DNA of 64,000 nt, taken from contig CAZCRI010000005.1 in assembly GCA_964501135.1 (NCBI GenBank), positions 14,771-78,770 on the forward strand. The letters are read 5' to 3'. Below are positions 38,470 through 48,973 of this stretch, piece after piece. Made by a program: the position numbers and the translations under genes. Position 1 is the first letter of the stretch. Each line of letters begins with the position of its first letter. Origin of the DNA: an uncultured Candidatus Saccharibacteria bacterium (GTDB taxonomy: Bacteria; Patescibacteriota; CPR2; UBA1875; CAIMLA01). Below the pieces are notes generated by a model. That model searched no databases and was not told the DNA's origin. It worked only from the letters and a program-made list of their open reading frames with translations.

Positions 38470-39260
38470 TACACATCCTCCGCAAACTTCGCTGCCATTT
38501 TTTCAAACAGAAAATACCCTGAAACGAAAATTATAATAGGCAATAAGTAGGGAATTATTGCCAACCATGAGGATTGATAAATCGAAGATACCGTAACGGT
38601 CTTGGTTGAGATAATTAAATATCTAAAATCTTGAAGAATCTGTGCAATTGGATTAAGCATCAATATTCTTCGATAACTTTCCGGTAAAGCCATTGGAGAG
38701 TACAGAATTGGCGTTGCATAAAACAGGGCCTGCATTGCAACTTCCCAAATATGAGAAATGTCCCTGAATTTAACGTATAAGGAACTTAGGATAAGCCCTA
38801 CTCCTAAAACAAAAATATATAACTCTATCATAACTAATGGTACTAGAAGTACATTCCATGTCAGTGGCACTCTATTGGCAACCATAAATACGAAAACAAT
38901 TACCAAATTTGCCAAAAATGTCAAAAACGCAGTCATGCTGTTTGAAATAATAAGCACCGCTCGAGGAAAGTATACCTTCCGGATAAGATCCCCCTTCCCA
39001 ACAATAGATAGGAGACATGAGATCGATGTCTCGAGGAAAAATGTCCAGACCACTATTCCCAAAAGCAAATAAACAGGATAGTAAGGGATACCATTGCCCA
39101 GCTTAAACACCCGCGTAAAGACAAAGTACATCACAGTAAAGAGCATCAATGGCTTTACGAGTGACCAAAGATACCCCAAAACTGAACCTTGATACTTCAG
39201 CTTGAAGTCGGTAAGAGAAATCGTTTTTATTAGATTAAAATATTTAAATACATCAAACAT
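38469..39260 (-). CDS. ABC-2 type exporter permease (TagG/Wzm-like)
   Basis: 263 aa, 6 TM, start overlaps the ATPase gene stop (ATGA). Confidence 0.8.
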   Translation of the reverse strand: MFDVFKYFNLIKTISLTDFKLKYQGSVLGYLWSLVKPLMLFTVMYFVFTRVFKLGNGIPYYPVYLLLGIVVWTFFLETSISCLLSIVGKGDLIRKVYFPRAVLIISNSMTAFLTFLANLVIVFVFMVANRVPLTWNVLLVPLVMIELYIFVLGVGLILSSLYVKFRDISHIWEVAMQALFYATPILYSPMALPESYRRILMLNPIAQILQDFRYLIISTKTVTVSSIYQSSWLAIIPYLLPIIIFVSGYFLFEKMAAKFAEDV

Positions 39261-40344
39261 TGCGTTTACTCACAGACAGGTACAGATTATAGTACATATC
39301 GGCCACTTTTTCTATGTTAAATTGAGATTTTGCAATGTTGTAACTTGATTGCTGAAAAGCCGCAAAATCACCCTCGACTATCCTTTTACCGGCAGCTGCA
39401 ATCGCTTCAGCATCGCCATACTCCACAAAATAGCCATTCTTTCCCTCGTTTACCATCTCTGGTATAGCGCCGGTTGCGGTTGCAATTATCGGCTTACTCG
39501 CAGCTATTGCCTCCAAGACTGCCATAGAGAACCCCTCTGATTCGGATGGCATTACGAAGATATCACCTTCGGAAAGCGCCGTTGGGACGTCTTTCACATA
39601 CCCTTTAAAATCAACAAAATTATAACCTTTTGTGCCAACCATTTTTTCGAGAGCAGGCCTATACCAGCCCTCGCCATAGACATTAAACTTCATTTTCGGG
39701 TAGGTGCCCACGAGTTGTGAAAGTCCTTCGATGGCATATTGCACTCCCTTCATGTCGATCAGCCTTCCAATGTACATGAACACGGGGCTCTTTCGGTCAA
39801 ATACCCGGGAGGCGTTTTCATAGCTTTCAATACAAATCGCATTTGGAATTACCTCAATTTTGTCGGCTGGTAGCGCATAGTAAGTAGAAAGGTGCTTTGC
39901 GACCACCTTGGAAACAGCTACTGCTTTCGTTAAATATCTATTTAAAAATTTCTGCTTCCTGCCAGGAAACGTGATGCAATCATGGGAGGTTGTGACCACT
40001 GGTTTCCCCAATAGACCGCCGAGTACCTTTGAGAAATCTTCACCGACGGACAAGTGACCATGTATTACATCAATATCTAAATTTTTTACATATAGCCACA
40101 GCCTGAACCTAAAGTAGGTTTCAAAACGATGAAAAAACCTTCGAAACAAATGATAATTAAACTTTCTATAATTTATAGGAAGTTTTAGAAATTCGCTTTC
40201 CAATTCCCCGTGACCTTCAAGTGAAATCAGATAAATTTCAATGTCATCTCGGTGCGATAGCTCAGTAAGTATGTTTAAAAGAACTCTTTCGGCACCACCC
40301 ACACCAAGATTGTTAATAATATGAAGTACTTTAACTTTACTCAT
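39253..40344 (-). CDS. GT-B glycosyltransferase (GT4-type)
   Basis: ESEGFSMAVLEAIAASKPIIATATGAIPEMV; 363 aa. Confidence 0.8.
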   Translation of the reverse strand: MSKVKVLHIINNLGVGGAERVLLNILTELSHRDDIEIYLISLEGHGELESEFLKLPINYRKFNYHLFRRFFHRFETYFRFRLWLYVKNLDIDVIHGHLSVGEDFSKVLGGLLGKPVVTTSHDCITFPGRKQKFLNRYLTKAVAVSKVVAKHLSTYYALPADKIEVIPNAICIESYENASRVFDRKSPVFMYIGRLIDMKGVQYAIEGLSQLVGTYPKMKFNVYGEGWYRPALEKMVGTKGYNFVDFKGYVKDVPTALSEGDIFVMPSESEGFSMAVLEAIAASKPIIATATGAIPEMVNEGKNGYFVEYGDAEAIAAAGKRIVEGDFAAFQQSSYNIAKSQFNIEKVADMYYNLYLSVSKRNV

Positions 40345-41410
40345 TCAAGAATTCCGCAATACTAGACTCAATTTTTTTCTCCAAAAGTGGCAAGTATTCC
40401 AAAATCTGTTTATTTATCAGTTCATAATTTGAGATCACCTCAGAAATCTTTTCGGAAATCCTAATTGGGCTATCTATGGCAGAAGTAGTCAATAACTCTT
40501 TCAGTTTCGTGGAATATGCGTATACATCCGAAGTATCACTGGCAATTGCTGGGATACCATACTGCATACTTTCTATAAGGGTCATTGGGAAACAATCAGT
40601 AAAACTGACATATAAATTGATGTCCATTTTTGAGAACACTTCCAGAAATTCCTTTTTGGGTAAGAAACCGTGCCTAACCACCCTTTTGTTGTCAATAAAG
40701 TCAATTTCTTTCAATTCATTCACATGAATTTCGGCACCAGGAATCATTAGAGCGGCGATAACCTGGTTTAGGATATTTCGGTGCCACCAGTTATTGCCCC
40801 ATACTCCAATCTTTATGGTCCCTTTGCGGCCATCCTTATGGATGGCTGGGACTGAATCAAAACGGTTCATCAGAAAGGTAGTTCTATATCCTAGGTTTGA
40901 AAAATATACAGCCAAATCATTTTTACAAAAGCCAATTTTTTCCACAATTCCCTGCTTATTTAAATCAAGTACCCTTGAGAAAGTATGGTTCTCGTTTGGA
41001 TAATTATCAAACCAAGTAAAGGAAGAGTGTACAAAAAACAAAATTCTTGTCTCTGGTGAGATGCTTTTTAACTTCTCTGCTATCAAATCATAGCCTTCGG
41101 AATATCCAGAGATTATTACAATTTTTGGTTTGTAGGAGCTAACAATCTTTGCCACCTTTGTAGCCCATAATCCATTTGCAACTTCAGAAATTTCAATTAA
41201 GTTGTCTGTAAGTTTCGCTGTTGCAGATCTAACGCCACGGTAATCTGGATGGCAAATTGCAACGACCTGGGGGCTTTTATCCTTAATACTCAAAATTACT
41301 CTTGGGCCCAAAAGTGATAGATATATCTTTTTGACAGCTGTCTTTAATCCAAAATAGCTGAGGAAATTTACAACGTGTTGTTTCAAAATATTTTTTCCTT
41401 TTCTCCTCAT
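40337..41410 (-). CDS. divergent GT-B-like glycosyltransferase
   Basis: C-terminal FPMTLIESMQYGIPAIASDTS resembles the Glycos_transf_1 donor-binding region; 357 aa. Confidence 0.45.
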   Translation of the reverse strand: MRRKGKNILKQHVVNFLSYFGLKTAVKKIYLSLLGPRVILSIKDKSPQVVAICHPDYRGVRSATAKLTDNLIEISEVANGLWATKVAKIVSSYKPKIVIISGYSEGYDLIAEKLKSISPETRILFFVHSSFTWFDNYPNENHTFSRVLDLNKQGIVEKIGFCKNDLAVYFSNLGYRTTFLMNRFDSVPAIHKDGRKGTIKIGVWGNNWWHRNILNQVIAALMIPGAEIHVNELKEIDFIDNKRVVRHGFLPKKEFLEVFSKMDINLYVSFTDCFPMTLIESMQYGIPAIASDTSDVYAYSTKLKELLTTSAIDSPIRISEKISEVISNYELINKQILEYLPLLEKKIESSIAEFLNE

Positions 41411-41480
41411 ATCTTACGCTAAATTGCACTCAAAATAAACCCTGGTTGCTACGGCGGAGCCTTTTTGATAAGATGAACAA

Positions 41481-42890
41481 ATGAAAATATGGATTGTTTC
41501 TTCGGACCCATTTCTAGATGACTTTACGAGAATAGCCTTTAATTGGCCGGGGGATGATGTTTACATCACTCGGTTATCAAACTACGGGCTTGGTCTTAGA
41601 GGAAATTTGGCATTTCTAAACACCTTTCGTAAGTTCAAGCCGGACTCCATACTGACCGACCACGGATTCCCAGGGTTTTTTTGGACACAAATTTATTCGA
41701 TAATGCTATTTAAGAAGTCTCCGCTACTAAGCGTTCTTCTAAGAGGTAACTATTGGCTTGAATCTGGCCAAAAAAGCATGGCCAAAAGACCAAAAGCAAA
41801 AACCCAAGCTGTGCCGATCCATTCCCTAAAAGGCCTCCTAAAAAGGATTCTCCCTATTAGCCGAAGAAGAAGCTGCGACCTTAGGTTGAATCTACCTCAA
41901 GACACTAGATACTCTCTGGTTGACTCATCTACCGGAATAAAACTCGCCCCAAATTCCATTACTCTAAGCAACGGCGATATGTGCGTATTTTATTCGAATC
42001 TCTGGCTTGGTGACTTTAGCCTTGAGATTTTAGACGATAAAATTAATTTCAATACCAATCACTTCGGTAAGGAAGTTATCAATGACGGAGCCAGCCTAGA
42101 AGTCACACCAAAACGATTACCGGTAATCGAGCTAAGTCCTAGCCCACTTCGGGAAATCTTTCGTTTGGCTAATACCTCGCTCGCAAAGTTTGGCTGGGAT
42201 TATACTCTGAGAAATTGCCAGAACCTTTTTGTTGTTTGTGAATATTTGCAAAAGGCGGTTACAAAGAACATCCATCGACATTCAATGATTATTCCTATTC
42301 CCATTAGCCAAGATGACGTTCCCAAAACTCTTGACGAGATAAAACTAAATCATCCCGCAGCTCTTTTAGTTCAAAATCACCAGATCCGCTTGAAGTCAGA
42401 GGCGTTAATTTCTTTTCGGGAGGTGATCGCCAACCTTCCAGGGGTTACTTTCTACATTTCCGAGGGGCTTCCAGAGAATAGGGGAAATGTTTATCACGAA
42501 GCAGTTATCGACACGCTCTCCCCACTTCAGAATGTTGAATTCTTAGAAATCAATAAAACGAATAAGTATGACTACCTCGCTGCTGCTGACTTTTACATCC
42601 TAAGAAGTGGCCTCGACTGCACCCCTGCAACGATCCTGGAAGCTGGCCTTATGAAGAAACCAGTCTTGGCAAGTGCTGTTGGCGGTGTTCCGGAGATGAT
42701 TCAGGAGGGCAGAACTGGTTGGGCTATTAATAATTCGAATCACGAAGAATGGGAAGCAAAGATTCAACAATTTGCAAATAAGCCCAAATTGGCCGAAGAG
42801 ATGGGTGAAAATAACTATGCTTTTGTCTTAGCTAATTACAACATTGGGCTTATAGCCGAGAAGCTACATTCCCTTATGATTAATAAGTAG
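41481..42890 (+). CDS. GT-B glycosyltransferase (GT4-type) with long N-terminal domain
   Basis: C-terminal LEAGLMKKPVLASAVGGVPEMIQEGRTGW; 469 aa. Confidence 0.6.
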   Translation: MKIWIVSSDPFLDDFTRIAFNWPGDDVYITRLSNYGLGLRGNLAFLNTFRKFKPDSILTDHGFPGFFWTQIYSIMLFKKSPLLSVLLRGNYWLESGQKSMAKRPKAKTQAVPIHSLKGLLKRILPISRRRSCDLRLNLPQDTRYSLVDSSTGIKLAPNSITLSNGDMCVFYSNLWLGDFSLEILDDKINFNTNHFGKEVINDGASLEVTPKRLPVIELSPSPLREIFRLANTSLAKFGWDYTLRNCQNLFVVCEYLQKAVTKNIHRHSMIIPIPISQDDVPKTLDEIKLNHPAALLVQNHQIRLKSEALISFREVIANLPGVTFYISEGLPENRGNVYHEAVIDTLSPLQNVEFLEINKTNKYDYLAAADFYILRSGLDCTPATILEAGLMKKPVLASAVGGVPEMIQEGRTGWAINNSNHEEWEAKIQQFANKPKLAEEMGENNYAFVLANYNIGLIAEKLHSLMINK

Positions 42891-42894
42891 TTCT

Positions 42895-44706
42895 CTAAAT
42901 CCAACCTGCCCAGAACATCTCGACCCCGGTAGACGTCTTTGGATTAATGCAATAGCCAACAGTACAAACAGAAGGCCAGATAGTGTACCCTCCTGGGGCC
43001 AAAGTCTGATACATATTTATGTTCAGCGGAACATTTGGAGTTAAGGTCTGCCCTACAGCGGAATACAGCATTGTATTCCATGCGCCGGTAATATTGTTTC
43101 TAATCGGTACCCCTGCGTCTACAACAATTGGTGTACCCTCTAAATTTGTCAGAGATAGATGGGCGTCGAAACGTTCGTTCGGCCTTGGGGGTAATATGTC
43201 AAAATAATAGTAGTTCATTCGAATGTTCGGTATCCTGACACCATAAGAGAACTGTGCCATTTGTGTGCTCAGGGCTTTAGCGTCATACCAAGTACCGTTT
43301 ACACTGGCGGCTATCCAGGTCCTGTGGGCCCCTGGAGCCTTAACAATCTTCGAGAAAGTAAGATATTTTGACTCACCTGGGGCGAAAACCAGCCCCGTCT
43401 GGGGAGTAAAGCTGTTCCATTGTCCATTATCAGTATTGTTATCAGGAACGGCAACGTCTGAGGTAACCGTAGCTCCAGAAACATTCTTTAGACCGAAACT
43501 AACTGTTAGGGTTTCTCCGGCAGCCGGCGAAACATTAGAAAAATATATAGATGAAGAAACCTTTATAACGTCCCCTGCGTTACCAACGTTATATGAATAT
43601 TGAGTCATCTGATTTACTGAAGGCTTTGCATCATACCAGGTGCCGTTGTAGCCAATCGCAATCCAAGTTCTATGTGGACCCGAATATTGCGCTGTTTTTG
43701 TAAAGTTAAATACTTTCTGTTCCCCAGACGCCAAAGTTATGCCGCTCTGAGGGGTGTAGCTATTCCACTGCCCTGTATTAGTATTCATGTCGGCAAGACC
43801 TGCGTCTATAGTAATACTACCCGAGGTTGTATTCTTAATTGCATACGAAGCAGAGACTTGTTCGCCTGCGACTGGGCTCGTATTCGAAAGCCACAAAGAG
43901 GCGACTACAGGAAATCCGTATTCAACTCCATACGCTCCAGGGAACCAATCCAAGAATCTGGTAACAAAATTGTAATTGCCGTAATAATAAACGCCATCGC
44001 TTGCTGCCGTTCGCCAAGCACTGTCCGGCCTGTGCGGGGTGTAGTTATATAGAGAACCAGTGGAGCAGCTTCCAATATATGTCTGCCTACCATCTATATT
44101 TGCTGTTCTGCCAAGGTGCCTATCATAGGCAATATCACCCCAACCAGGGTATGAAGACATGTTATAGCAGGCCCTATCGTACCCTTCACGCAGTAACATT
44201 GAACCCAAATGCACTTGATTATAGAACCCATAATAACTCGTTTCGCAGCCAGCTGTCTCTGGACACCCATAACCCATCGCCGTGCGGTATTGACTAGCAA
44301 AAGGCCAGCTATCTGTGACTAAGCTATTTTCTTTTTGTAAAGTAACCAAAATTACTTGTGGGTTCAGGCCGTTATTTACCGCTTCTTCATAAATGATCTG
44401 TGATGCCTTCTTGTTTACCTTTGGGTCTACGTAGTCTTTCAGACAGGTCCACGGCGGAACTTCGCTGCCACCAACCGTATTGGCATGCCACGTATCACAT
44501 GTAGGCACCTTTGAGTTCAAAAAATTCTGTACGTCAGCAGCAGACATAGTACCAGTGGCCGTAAAAGCCGTATCACTAATTATGATATTGTTGTAGCTAT
44601 CTGCAATTGGAGCCGTGTTTGCATAAGCCCAAGTATTTCCTGGAATAGTAACGGCTCCCACCAAGAGTAAGCACCATAAGCTCCTTGTAAGTAGCCTTCC
44701 AATCAT
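42895..44706 (-). CDS. secreted protein: signal peptide, ~250-aa Cys-containing N-terminal domain (possible lysozyme-like/glycoside hydrolase), then ~2.5 tandem ~105-aa beta-sandwich repeats
   Basis: Signal MIGRLLTRSLWCLLLVGAVTIPGNTWA. Repeats SPVAGEQVSASYAIKNTTSG...GQWNSYTPQSG...HRTWIAIGYNGTWYDAK and SPAAGETLTVSFGLKNVSG...GQWNSFTPQTG...HRTWIAASVNGTWYDAK. 603 aa. Confidence 0.5.
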   Translation of the reverse strand: MIGRLLTRSLWCLLLVGAVTIPGNTWAYANTAPIADSYNNIIISDTAFTATGTMSAADVQNFLNSKVPTCDTWHANTVGGSEVPPWTCLKDYVDPKVNKKASQIIYEEAVNNGLNPQVILVTLQKENSLVTDSWPFASQYRTAMGYGCPETAGCETSYYGFYNQVHLGSMLLREGYDRACYNMSSYPGWGDIAYDRHLGRTANIDGRQTYIGSCSTGSLYNYTPHRPDSAWRTAASDGVYYYGNYNFVTRFLDWFPGAYGVEYGFPVVASLWLSNTSPVAGEQVSASYAIKNTTSGSITIDAGLADMNTNTGQWNSYTPQSGITLASGEQKVFNFTKTAQYSGPHRTWIAIGYNGTWYDAKPSVNQMTQYSYNVGNAGDVIKVSSSIYFSNVSPAAGETLTVSFGLKNVSGATVTSDVAVPDNNTDNGQWNSFTPQTGLVFAPGESKYLTFSKIVKAPGAHRTWIAASVNGTWYDAKALSTQMAQFSYGVRIPNIRMNYYYFDILPPRPNERFDAHLSLTNLEGTPIVVDAGVPIRNNITGAWNTMLYSAVGQTLTPNVPLNINMYQTLAPGGYTIWPSVCTVGYCINPKTSTGVEMFWAGWI

Positions 44707-45299
44707 ATTCGCACCCCTACGTCAGAGTATCCAAGGCGGGTTGTTCCGTTCATTAGATACACCTCAATCACTGCTGAATCATTGCTTTTAGGCAAGGTGT
44801 CAAAGTTCAACGCAAAAGAATACACTAAACCTTCAGCTCCTGCTGCTATGGTCTGTACCTTAGCATCTACTAGAACCCCGGAGCTAGTACTTTTAACCAT
44901 ATAATACAGATCTCCACCCGTAGTACTAGTAACTGTCCCTGTGATGTTTGTAACACCTGGCTCAACCGTAGTCCCGGCAATCGGTGAGGAAATAGTTATT
45001 CCCCCTGTCTCGATCTTAGTCGCTTTTGTGCTAGCAGTGGAATCATTGCCCGTACTGGAATTTCCTGCCTGAGTATCAGAACTGACTCTGCGGTCTGCCT
45101 TCGGCATATTCCCGGTAATATTTGCCCTTTCGGCGTTGTTCTTATTTACGTAGAAGCCGATAAGCAAAATAGCAGCCCCTAATATAACGATAGTGGATGC
45201 GATTACTATAACCCTGTGTTTTTTTACGAACTTATTTATTATCCCCTCCGATGTTTTGACTAGACAATTATACACCTTTTGAACACAAATTACGAACAA
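44703..45299 (-). CDS. hypothetical membrane-anchored protein with Ser/Thr-rich extracellular region
   Basis: One TM helix; low-complexity S/T/G stretch; 198 aa. Confidence 0.35.
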   Translation of the reverse strand: MFVICVQKVYNCLVKTSEGIINKFVKKHRVIVIASTIVILGAAILLIGFYVNKNNAERANITGNMPKADRRVSSDTQAGNSSTGNDSTASTKATKIETGGITISSPIAGTTVEPGVTNITGTVTSTTGGDLYYMVKSTSSGVLVDAKVQTIAAGAEGLVYSFALNFDTLPKSNDSAVIEVYLMNGTTRLGYSDVGVRI

Positions 45300-45338
45300 A
45301 AGGGGTAGCCCCGACTTATTGCCTTGGTAAAAATAAAA

Positions 45339-46754
45339 CTAGATTTTTTGTTTTCTTTCAAGCAAGTAGACCACCGGCACAAAAGGTGTACAGACGTAAA
45401 CAAAGTAGATATATCTGTAGTCAATCGCTGGAGCAACCGCCATAACAATCGCGAGATTAATAAGAATAAATATTGAGTAAACTCCTAGCCCTGGCAAACG
45501 TTTTTTGAGAGCCCAGAAAATCGCGGCTAAGTTCACTATAACCATTGGCCAGGTTGCCCAGAAAACGTATGATCGGTGCTGGGTAAGCCCACTCCATGCC
45601 AAATAGTTACGCAGCTCTGTCCTGAGAGAAGGATTCAATGAGTCGTAATTGACAACTGGGTGCCAAGAACCGCGAGAATTCGCATCAGTGTACCTAAAAT
45701 TATTCATCTGTGTTATTCCGAGCATATTGTTTGCTTGGCAAGCCCTATCTGTAATGAAACCCATCGGATTTCTAAGCGAAGCACTGATAAAGGCCTCGTT
45801 CCAAGCCTTATTATCTGCGTCGCTTTTCACCAATCTAGGAGAATATGAACCCGTGTTCTGGTGCCTCATCACCGAGTAGACCAAAGCATTTATCGAGGTG
45901 CAATTATAAAGTGATTTCCATTCATTCTCCGTTGTCATTTTCTCGAATATCTGACGTTCTGCGGGGGTTAAATCGGGATTCTTTAGGTGGTATATTCCCC
46001 CAATATTTTTAATCATCAAGCCATCCTTCATGGCTGGGACTTTTTGAACTCCAAGGACGTTAAATAAAAACGATGAAAAGAAAAAATATACAAGTAAGGT
46101 AACACCAAGCAGTTGCCCTGCTTTTTTTTGGTCAAGCCGGCGAAACACAACTAAAGCAAGTGTCGGTAGGACAATAAAGGGCAAGCCATTGTGGCGAAAT
46201 AGGGCGACCATCGCCGCTGCCACTGCCAAAGATACCAACAATACCTTGGAATCTTTCAATTTATCATCGGCAAAAAATACAGCGATAAGCAATCCCATTG
46301 CCAAGGTTGAGATCGAATACATCACATCTTTCCAGATACTTACGCTATAAATTCCGAATTGTGGCCAAACGGCAAAGAAGGCAACTGTAAGCAGGAGCAG
46401 AAACCCGTTAACCCTTTTCTTTGCAGCATAATTAATAAAAAGAGAGATTATAGTTACGAAAAGTAATATCTGGAACATCGCCATCGGTGCTGGGGAGTTA
46501 TGGAATACTCTCAAAAGGGACATGGTATAGGCATAAATGTATGGGCTTGCGTTCTTAAAGTGCGAGGTCAGTACCTCCTGCCACTGATCAAAAGAGTCGG
46601 AGGTCATGATGCCGGGGAAGAAGGCCCACCACCATAAAAAATACACCGAAAACAAGGCCATAAAGGTTCCTATAAATGCCTTATTCAAAAGCAAGAATTT
46701 CTGAACCTTACTTAGAAAGGTTCGGGATAAATCTTTTGCGCTCTCCTTTGTCAT
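45339..46754 (-). CDS. polytopic membrane protein, possible GT-C glycosyltransferase/polymerase
   Basis: ~12 TM, conserved-looking periplasmic loop with DSFDQW; 471 aa. Confidence 0.4.
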   Translation of the reverse strand: MTKESAKDLSRTFLSKVQKFLLLNKAFIGTFMALFSVYFLWWWAFFPGIMTSDSFDQWQEVLTSHFKNASPYIYAYTMSLLRVFHNSPAPMAMFQILLFVTIISLFINYAAKKRVNGFLLLLTVAFFAVWPQFGIYSVSIWKDVMYSISTLAMGLLIAVFFADDKLKDSKVLLVSLAVAAAMVALFRHNGLPFIVLPTLALVVFRRLDQKKAGQLLGVTLLVYFFFSSFLFNVLGVQKVPAMKDGLMIKNIGGIYHLKNPDLTPAERQIFEKMTTENEWKSLYNCTSINALVYSVMRHQNTGSYSPRLVKSDADNKAWNEAFISASLRNPMGFITDRACQANNMLGITQMNNFRYTDANSRGSWHPVVNYDSLNPSLRTELRNYLAWSGLTQHRSYVFWATWPMVIVNLAAIFWALKKRLPGLGVYSIFILINLAIVMAVAPAIDYRYIYFVYVCTPFVPVVYLLERKQKI

Positions 46755-48127
46755 GATATCAACTCCTTTGAACCAGACCGTAATTTAATCTCAATATACA
46801 GTGCCACCACAGTAGTAAAACAAATTGGGAGAAAAGCTAGGACATAGCGTTCGAAAGAGGCCGAGGTTACAATTTCAATCTGAGAAAACATTACTAGGTA
46901 TGCTACCGTCAGATAAGCTACGTTCAAAAATACCAAGGTAGCAACTGCGATGAATATCTTCTTTCGAAACACGATTGACCCAAAAATGATAGCCCCAAAG
47001 GACAGAAACCAAATCGCCGTAAAGTTATAATGATTGTTTAGCACAGCGACCATACTATAAGTCATTTCTGAAAAATGAGTTAATCCGTAATTAAAGAATT
47101 CGAAAGGCTTTGAAATATTGAATGGGCTTGCCATTTCTCCCAGGGCCTTAGAAGCAAGCAACAACAAAGCCTGCAGGACAACCAAAAACAGTGAGGCTGA
47201 TAAATATCGTTTCCAATTCCCGTTCTTAAAAATCGCGCGATAACTCACGAAAGCCAAGCTGAATAGTGATATCAATGACAAGACAGCGCCGCCACGTTTA
47301 ATAAATATGACCGCACTCAAAAGGGCTATCCCCAACCAAAATAAATCATTTTTGGAATTTTGCTTATATATACCAAGGAATACAAGAATTGTCCCTGCAG
47401 AGTAAAAACACATCAAAGGAATATCTGCGTGAAGATAAGTCGCATATTGCAGCAAAGCCTGGCTACTAGAGACAAAAAGTAAAAGAAACAGTAATTTTTC
47501 GTTTAGTTTTATATCGAATCGATCTAAAAATCCAAATAAGTAAGTCACAAAGAAAAGGTACATTGAAAAAGTCAGGAGTTTGACGTAATTTTCTACAAAT
47601 CCCCCTGCAAAAATTGCCATGCTGCCCGTACTGGCCGGCCAAAATACTGGCTGCCCGCTACCTTCAACCGTTACTACCTTGTTGATAAACACATTTTTAT
47701 CAACAAAAGTCATCCGGGCTGCTTTCCCCCAATATGAGAATTCATCCCAGCTAGTAAAGCCGCTGGACATCACTCTGAAAAACATCGCGAAGAATACAGC
47801 ACCAAGTATCAATACAACCACAACTGTCAGCCAATTTACCTTGATTTTCTCGACATTTATTTCAATAAAAGCCCGTTTTAGTTTCCTGTCCCAAAAATAT
47901 ACCACCCCCATTAGAGCCAATAGCGGAAAAAGCATTAAAAACGGCGTAATAGCAACATGAACTGCCGACAAAGATGCCACTACTACAAAGTTCAACATCA
48001 GCCCAATCGAGAGAGCTAAACCGAGGTTCTCAAAAAAATTAATTTTGCCTCTAAACAGGTTGTTGATCAAAACAAAACCCGTAAAGGATAGCCCTGCAAT
48101 AAATAATAAATACAAAACTAAAGTCAT
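46751..48127 (-). CDS. polytopic membrane protein, possible GT-C glycosyltransferase or Wzy-like polymerase
   Basis: ~12-13 TM; 458 aa; translationally coupled to neighbours. Confidence 0.4.
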   Translation of the reverse strand: MTLVLYLLFIAGLSFTGFVLINNLFRGKINFFENLGLALSIGLMLNFVVVASLSAVHVAITPFLMLFPLLALMGVVYFWDRKLKRAFIEINVEKIKVNWLTVVVVLILGAVFFAMFFRVMSSGFTSWDEFSYWGKAARMTFVDKNVFINKVVTVEGSGQPVFWPASTGSMAIFAGGFVENYVKLLTFSMYLFFVTYLFGFLDRFDIKLNEKLLFLLLFVSSSQALLQYATYLHADIPLMCFYSAGTILVFLGIYKQNSKNDLFWLGIALLSAVIFIKRGGAVLSLISLFSLAFVSYRAIFKNGNWKRYLSASLFLVVLQALLLLASKALGEMASPFNISKPFEFFNYGLTHFSEMTYSMVAVLNNHYNFTAIWFLSFGAIIFGSIVFRKKIFIAVATLVFLNVAYLTVAYLVMFSQIEIVTSASFERYVLAFLPICFTTVVALYIEIKLRSGSKELIS

Positions 48128-48825
48128 TACATACTACTCACAATTACGAGTTTACCATCCCTGAATTCGTAAAGGATACTTTTGCCTATAAGCTCTTCAG
48201 GTATCGGCAAGATGTTGTCTTGTACATCATATCTAAACAAGTATTTTATATGGTTTTCACTCATGTTTTTCATAATTAATTTTTCGTCATACTGCTTATC
48301 TTTTGTATCAAAGTAATAGCGAACATTACTATCCATATATAGATGAATATTGTAGTAAATGGACATTCCTCCTGACAACGCTGGTCTATCATTGAGGAAA
48401 AGGATGCTACTTCCATCTTCTACTAATTTACCTAACGACTTACCGTAATTTGGCTGGGCATAAACATAGATCTTTTTATCAATATAAGTTCCCTTTGGAC
48501 TTTGCACTAAAGCCACTAAACCCTTATAAACTCCGCTTTTAACGTTAAAAATAAACGGGCTCGAATACCAAATAACCATAAATAATGAAACCGCTGACAC
48601 CGAAACTAAAAAGATCTGAGGAAAATTTAAATTCAGAAACCATTTAGGGAAATTGTTGGTTTTCATGAGTTTATTGCCCAGCAAATACCCAACCGCAAGC
48701 ACAAAAATAACGAATAATTGGATAAAAAAGGACAACCGCAAAAGAAAAAATAACCCAACAGCTATGCAAAGGGCTGCTAATAAGGACAGGATTTCCTGTT
48801 GATATTTAATCTTCATCATTTCCAT
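48127..48825 (-). CDS. hypothetical membrane-anchored protein
   Basis: 2-3 N-terminal TM helices then soluble domain; 232 aa. Confidence 0.35.
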   Translation of the reverse strand: MEMMKIKYQQEILSLLAALCIAVGLFFLLRLSFFIQLFVIFVLAVGYLLGNKLMKTNNFPKWFLNLNFPQIFLVSVSAVSLFMVIWYSSPFIFNVKSGVYKGLVALVQSPKGTYIDKKIYVYAQPNYGKSLGKLVEDGSSILFLNDRPALSGGMSIYYNIHLYMDSNVRYYFDTKDKQYDEKLIMKNMSENHIKYLFRYDVQDNILPIPEELIGKSILYEFRDGKLVIVSSM

Positions 48826-48973
48826 TTATCATTATTGAGATATTTGCGCTGCCAGACATGGTCATAATCTTAACATCTATCTATACTCAGATAAAGTGTG
48901 AAATAATTGCTCAAAGTCACTTTATTTGGTAAGATACTAGGAGCAATTCAAGCATAAAACAAAGAGGAGCTAC

